From IMG/VR virus record IMGVR_UViG_3300020037_004820: a stretch of 64,000 nucleotides of DNA; one strand, given 5' to 3'. Shown in pieces: positions 59,538-64,000 of this stretch; the stretch's first letter is position 1, and each line of letters begins with the position of its first letter. A program made the position numbers and the translations under genes. This stretch comes from a virus. Its lineage: Duplodnaviria > Caudoviricetes. The notes under the pieces are model-generated. The model was given only the letters and a program-made list of their open reading frames with translations. It ran no database searches and had not been told where the DNA came from.

Positions 59538-61226
59538 ATGCTATCAACTTTAAAAAACAAAGTAACTCCCGCTAAAACAATTTCTAAAACAGACCAAGCT
59601 TCCGAAATTAGAAGATGTAGTAAAGATCCAGCCCATTTTGCTAAAAATTATATCTATATTAAGCATAAAAGTGGAAAGGCTATAAAATTTAAACTGTGGG
59701 ATTTTCAAGAAGAAGCTTTACACGCCTTTAGAGATAACAGTAAAAATATTATTCTGAAAAGCCGTCAAATGGGTATTACCGAATTGATGGCCATGTATAT
59801 TTTATGGTTAACGCTTTTTAGCAGTGACAAAAACGTCATAGTTGTGTCTAAAAATGCTAGACAGGCAGCCCAAATCGTTAAGCGTATAAAATACGCATAT
59901 AAAAAACTTCCAGTCTGGCTTAAAGTCGCAAAGATGGTGTCAGACAACGTTCACACAATAGAGTTCAGTAATGACTCTATTATATTCGCAGATGCAACTA
60001 CTCCAGACGCAGGACGTGGTGAAGCATGTTCTTTATTCGTGGTTGACGAAGCAGCCTTCATTCCTGTATTTGAAGAAATGTGGGGATCAGTAGAACCTAC
60101 TATCAACAATGGTGGAGCTTGTATAATTGCATCTACACCTAACGGTGGAGCTGGAGAATTCTACAATCTTTATACTAATGCGCCTAAAAATGGATTAAAT
60201 CCAATTAAAATTGAATGGGATATGCATCCTGATAGAGATGAAGAGTGGTATGAAGAAACTAAACGCTCTATGTCTCCTAAAAAATTCGCACAAGAATATT
60301 TATGTTCTTTCCTATTGTCAGGAGATACAGTTGTTGATGGTGAAGATATTTTAAGACATGAAAAATGCATAAAAGATCCAATAGAAGAAATGGGGCCTGA
60401 ACGTGCTGTCTGGAAATGGGTAGAATACAACCCTTCTCATAGATATTTAGTATCATGCGATACGGCCAGAGGAGACGGCGAAGACTTTTCAGCATTTGTT
60501 GTAATTGATGCAGATACTTTAGAGATAGCATGTGAATATAAAGGGAAAATAAAAGTAAATAAATTTGCTGAGCTAATTTCGTATTGTGGATACGATTATG
60601 GCACATGTTTAGTTGTAGTAGAAAATAATACATACGGACTAGCTGTTTTAACAAAACTTATAGAACTTAAATATCCTATGATATATGGAGAAGAGAAAGG
60701 TGGAAAAATCCATTTTGATGGATATGTGGATTGGGATCTGGACGATGTTGTACCAGGATTTAGAACTGACTTAGCTTCTAGAGTTCTAAGTATAGATAAG
60801 TTAGAAGAATCTTTCAGATTAGACAGAGTTATAACTTATTCTAAAAGATGTATTGAAGAGCTTAGAAACTTTATTTACGAAAATGGTAAACCTCAAGCTA
60901 GAAAAGGGACAAATGATGATATTGTCATTTCTCTTGCTATTGGACTATTCGTATGCTCCGTTGTATTTGGATCTAAAGATTCTGATCTAGATATGACTAG
61001 GAGATTATTAGAAAATATACGAAAAATAGATTATTCTATCAATTATAAAACTTCCCAAGAAAAGGGATTTAATTCTGAGGATAATATTTATAGACAACAT
61101 CCTTCTGATCCTTATTGTGGTATCTATAGAGATCAAACAATTGATTTTAGATGGGTTTTAGGGAACAGAAAAGCTCCTGAGAAAGTAGAAAATAAAGGAG
61201 TAGACTTTTTAGGAACATTGAGGTAA
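59538..61226 (+). CDS. terL: Terminase large subunit (T4 gp17-like)
   Basis: LWDFQ, KSRQMGIT (Walker A), GRG, VVDEAAF (Walker B), STPNG, FAQEY, DTARG.G.DFS, VENN and DDIVISLA. Confidence 0.95.
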   Translation: MLSTLKNKVTPAKTISKTDQASEIRRCSKDPAHFAKNYIYIKHKSGKAIKFKLWDFQEEALHAFRDNSKNIILKSRQMGITELMAMYILWLTLFSSDKNVIVVSKNARQAAQIVKRIKYAYKKLPVWLKVAKMVSDNVHTIEFSNDSIIFADATTPDAGRGEACSLFVVDEAAFIPVFEEMWGSVEPTINNGGACIIASTPNGGAGEFYNLYTNAPKNGLNPIKIEWDMHPDRDEEWYEETKRSMSPKKFAQEYLCSFLLSGDTVVDGEDILRHEKCIKDPIEEMGPERAVWKWVEYNPSHRYLVSCDTARGDGEDFSAFVVIDADTLEIACEYKGKIKVNKFAELISYCGYDYGTCLVVVENNTYGLAVLTKLIELKYPMIYGEEKGGKIHFDGYVDWDLDDVVPGFRTDLASRVLSIDKLEESFRLDRVITYSKRCIEELRNFIYENGKPQARKGTNDDIVISLAIGLFVCSVVFGSKDSDLDMTRRLLENIRKIDYSINYKTSQEKGFNSEDNIYRQHPSDPYCGIYRDQTIDFRWVLGNRKAPEKVENKGVDFLGTLR

Positions 61227-61229
61227 CTT

Positions 61230-63398
61230 ATGCCAAACGATAAAGCAGAATATTTTGCAAAAATAAGGGAAGCTAAAAAAGAAAAAGCTAAAACAGTTTA
61301 TAATCCATCTAACGTATTATATAACAAATTAACTAAGTTCTTCTCTGGACCTGTTGTAAAATTTAAAACTCCAGACATTGCTAATACAAATAAAATAAAT
61401 CTTTCTAAACATGATTGGAAAGATTCATTTCATACACCATTTAAGCGAACAGAAGAATATTTTCTTATAAATGAAGCGCAAATTGAGCAAAATCAAGAAA
61501 CAGCAAGAATGGAAAGATATGTTGATCTTGAAAATATGGAATTATCTCCTCCTGAGATTAAAGTTGCGTTAGATATATATGCGGATGAAATAACTTGTTA
61601 TACAGAATTTTCTCCTATATTAAAAATTATTTGTCCTAAAGATGAAATACGAGAAATATTACGTTCATTATTTTATGATACTTTGAATGTGCCTATGAAT
61701 CTCTTTAGATGGGTTCGTGCAATGTGTTCAAAAGGTGATTTCTTTTTATTTTTAGATATAGATCCAAAATTAGGAGTAGTTGGAACTAAAGCATTACCCA
61801 CTATGGCTATTCAAAGATTAGAAGGCGAAGATCCTACTAATCCAAACTATATTCAATTTCAATGGAATGATAAAGGAATAACATTTGAAAATGTTGAAAT
61901 AGCTCACTTTAGAATATTAGGAAATGATAAATATTATCCATATGGTACAAGTATCTTAGATGCTTCTAGAAAAATTACCAAACAACTAAATTTAATGATC
62001 GAACATATGATGACATATCGTATAGTAAGATCGTCTGAAAAAAGAGCTTTTTATTATGATATTGGTGGTATGCCAAGCACAGAGCAAGAGACTTATTTAG
62101 AAAAAGCTATTAGTAAAACAAAAAGACAATCTGTTATCAATGCAGATAATGGTCAATTAGACCTAAGATATAATGTAGTAGGAGTTGAAGAAGATTATCA
62201 TATCCCTACACGAAAAGGTTCTGAAACTAGAATCGAGCCACTTCCGGGTGGACAATTTGTGGGAGACATAGAAGACGTTGAATTCCTAAGAGATCAATTG
62301 TTTACATCTCTAAAAATTCCTGGCTCATATCTGACTAATAAAAACGCAGATGGAGAACAGAATTCATTAGCACAGAAGAGTATGCTTTTCGCAAAAGAGA
62401 TAACAAGAATTCAGCATTCTGTTGTTGCCGAGTTGCGTAAGATAGCAATGGTGCATCTTATAACATTAGGATATACAGGTAAAGATATTTTATCTTTTGA
62501 TATTAGATTAAATAATCCTTCTAAACTTGCGGAAATGCAAGAATTTGAACATCTTAAATTAAAATCTGAAGCGGCTTCCCTATTGTCAGATCATAATTTA
62601 AGTAAGAGATGGATTCAATCTAATATATTTGGTTTTTCTCCTGATGAGATTAAGCAAAATGTTTACGAAATTCTGGGTGATGCTAAATTCCAAGCAATTC
62701 TCTCTAATATAGAGAATGCAGTTGCAGGTGGAGGAGTTCCAGGGATGGATGGAGGAGGCGGTGCAGGTGGTGCATTAGGTGGACCATCCCCAGATGGATC
62801 TATTCCTGGATTAGACCAAATGGCTGGAGGAGAAGGTGAGCCACAAGCTAACCCTGAAGATGAATTTGTACAATTAGGAGGAGAAGGTGGAGGAATGATG
62901 CCACCGGGGGAACAAGGACGAAGAAGTGATGGTGAATCCAGATTCCTAACTCCTAAATCTCTACGTTCTTATCAAACAGCTAATTCTAGAGGAAATGCGC
63001 ATAGTAAAACAACCTCAGATGGAAGAAACCAAAGATTCAATCAAATGAATGCAACAACAGGAAGAAATGTTGTTAGAAGCAATCATAAAGCTATTGCACA
63101 TGGTTATGATCATTTGATTGCAGGAATTTTCCCTTCTTTACATAATGAAAATAATGTATTAAATGACGAACAACTTCTTACTGAAGAAAATTTGATAACA
63201 AATATAGAGCATTCCATGGTGGAATCTATCAATCTTCTATCTAGTATAGATGAAGATCGTAAAGAGCGAAAGCAACTTATTAACAAAAGTTTAGCTAATT
63301 ACAAACAAGATGAAGTCGTGAATAAAATAGTTACAGATAGAAAACAAAGAATAGATGAATATATAAAAACCATTCATTTTACAGGGAGAACATCATGA
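61230..63398 (+). CDS. Portal protein (T4 gp20-like) with a C-terminal extension
   Basis: ALDIYADE, IAHFR, PYGTSIL, YRIVRSSEKRAFYYDIG, EEDYHIP.R...TRIEPLPGG, IEDVEF and LKIP. Follows terL. Confidence 0.93.
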   Translation: MPNDKAEYFAKIREAKKEKAKTVYNPSNVLYNKLTKFFSGPVVKFKTPDIANTNKINLSKHDWKDSFHTPFKRTEEYFLINEAQIEQNQETARMERYVDLENMELSPPEIKVALDIYADEITCYTEFSPILKIICPKDEIREILRSLFYDTLNVPMNLFRWVRAMCSKGDFFLFLDIDPKLGVVGTKALPTMAIQRLEGEDPTNPNYIQFQWNDKGITFENVEIAHFRILGNDKYYPYGTSILDASRKITKQLNLMIEHMMTYRIVRSSEKRAFYYDIGGMPSTEQETYLEKAISKTKRQSVINADNGQLDLRYNVVGVEEDYHIPTRKGSETRIEPLPGGQFVGDIEDVEFLRDQLFTSLKIPGSYLTNKNADGEQNSLAQKSMLFAKEITRIQHSVVAELRKIAMVHLITLGYTGKDILSFDIRLNNPSKLAEMQEFEHLKLKSEAASLLSDHNLSKRWIQSNIFGFSPDEIKQNVYEILGDAKFQAILSNIENAVAGGGVPGMDGGGGAGGALGGPSPDGSIPGLDQMAGGEGEPQANPEDEFVQLGGEGGGMMPPGEQGRRSDGESRFLTPKSLRSYQTANSRGNAHSKTTSDGRNQRFNQMNATTGRNVVRSNHKAIAHGYDHLIAGIFPSLHNENNVLNDEQLLTEENLITNIEHSMVESINLLSSIDEDRKERKQLINKSLANYKQDEVVNKIVTDRKQRIDEYIKTIHFTGRTS

Positions 63399-64000
63399 CC
63401 ATGAGTCATAATAAAAAAAGAAATACTGCTTTTTTGTTTGAAGTTTTGCTTAAAGAGCAAACAAAAGCTATTCTCGAAAAGAAAGATGCTAAAGCAAAAT
63501 ATATTGAAAAAGTTATAAAAGAGTATTTCGCGATAGATTCTATTCTTTATAAAGAATTGGAACTATATAACTCTTTATTAGAATACAGAGATAGAAACGG
63601 TGAAGATGTTGATAAAATCATTTTATTAACTAAAACTGAAAGAGCTACTCTTAACGATAAAGAAATTTATGAATCTCAAAGTAAATTAATATCTATAATC
63701 AATAAAAAATTGGGACCTGATGTTTTCTACAATTTTGTTCCAAACTATAAAGAATTAGCTACTATTAATATTTTATTTTCCAAGCAAACTCCTTTCAATA
63801 TTAAAGTTAAAATGGAAGAAAGTTTAAAAAATCATTTACAAACTGCTTTACCTAAAGAAGAATATATAGAAGAAAAAGTAGATTCTCTAATATTCAAGAA
63901 ATGTGTTGAAAACTTCAATGGGAAATATGAATCTTTATTAGACGAGCAAAAAGAGTTATTATCTAAATATTTACTGTCTAAGTTCGGAGATACTATTGAT
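63395..64000 (+). CDS. Hypothetical protein downstream of the portal (truncated by the window end)
   Basis: ATGA overlap at 63395. Open frame MTMSHNKKRNTAFLFEVLLKE... runs to the window end. Absent from the ORF track. Confidence 0.75.
   Translation, partial: MTMSHNKKRNTAFLFEVLLKEQTKAILEKKDAKAKYIEKVIKEYFAIDSILYKELELYNSLLEYRDRNGEDVDKIILLTKTERATLNDKEIYESQSKLISIINKKLGPDVFYNFVPNYKELATINILFSKQTPFNIKVKMEESLKNHLQTALPKEEYIEEKVDSLIFKKCVENFNGKYESLLDEQKELLSKYLLSKFGDTID

Noticed and set aside
1338-60654. Minus-strand and nested alternative-frame ORFs in the track (for example 1338-1721, 49750-50334, 60277-60654)
   Set aside because: They lie opposite or within well-supported + strand genes, lack motifs and RBS, and read as shadow ORFs.
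1-64000. Stop-codon reassignment, as seen in some large phages
   Set aside because: Long conserved genes (terL, portal, gp6, SbcCD) are intact in the standard code, and TAA, TGA and TAG all end genes at sensible coupled junctions.
1-64000. tRNA, rRNA or other structured RNA genes
   Set aside because: Intergenic gaps are under 100 nt and no cloverleaf or T-loop signatures were seen.

Overview
This is an AT-rich, gene-dense 64 kb segment of a large T4-like (myovirus/jumbo-type) phage genome. All credible genes are on the + strand and read in the standard code. Gene order is: (1) 0-11.6 kb, virion fibre/appendage genes, ending in a 1258-aa pentapeptide-periodic repeat fibre; (2) 11.7-22.1 kb, a sugar-synthesis, modification and transfer cluster (GT-D-like and three other putative glycosyltransferases, GNAT, DegT-type aminotransferase, SAM methyltransferase, RmlB-type dehydratase, HAD-nucleotidyltransferase fusion, GDPD-like protein); (3) a gp55-like late sigma factor; (4) 23.9-51.5 kb, a baseplate/tail module (hub with an M15 peptidase domain, spike, gp25, gp6, LamG proteins, tail-collar-like paralogs); (5) RuvC-like resolvase, primase and a fused SbcD-SbcC; (6) a putative lysis cassette; (7) large terminase and portal. 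Two signals stand out. The first is a candidate phage-encoded virion glycosylation system: the glycan cluster adjoins a fibre saturated with [ST]-[GAS]-[ST] triplets, and the same triplet is enriched in several baseplate proteins but scarce in the enzymes. The second is a set of three unrelated free-standing endonuclease genes that appear to have inserted into gene termini while supplying a recoded replacement terminus. Two left clear orphaned originals, the third a weak one, and a possible fourth element survives only as a scar. A recurrent intergenic CTAWTTA motif is the likely late promoter. All family calls come from motif recognition by eye, not from database searches.
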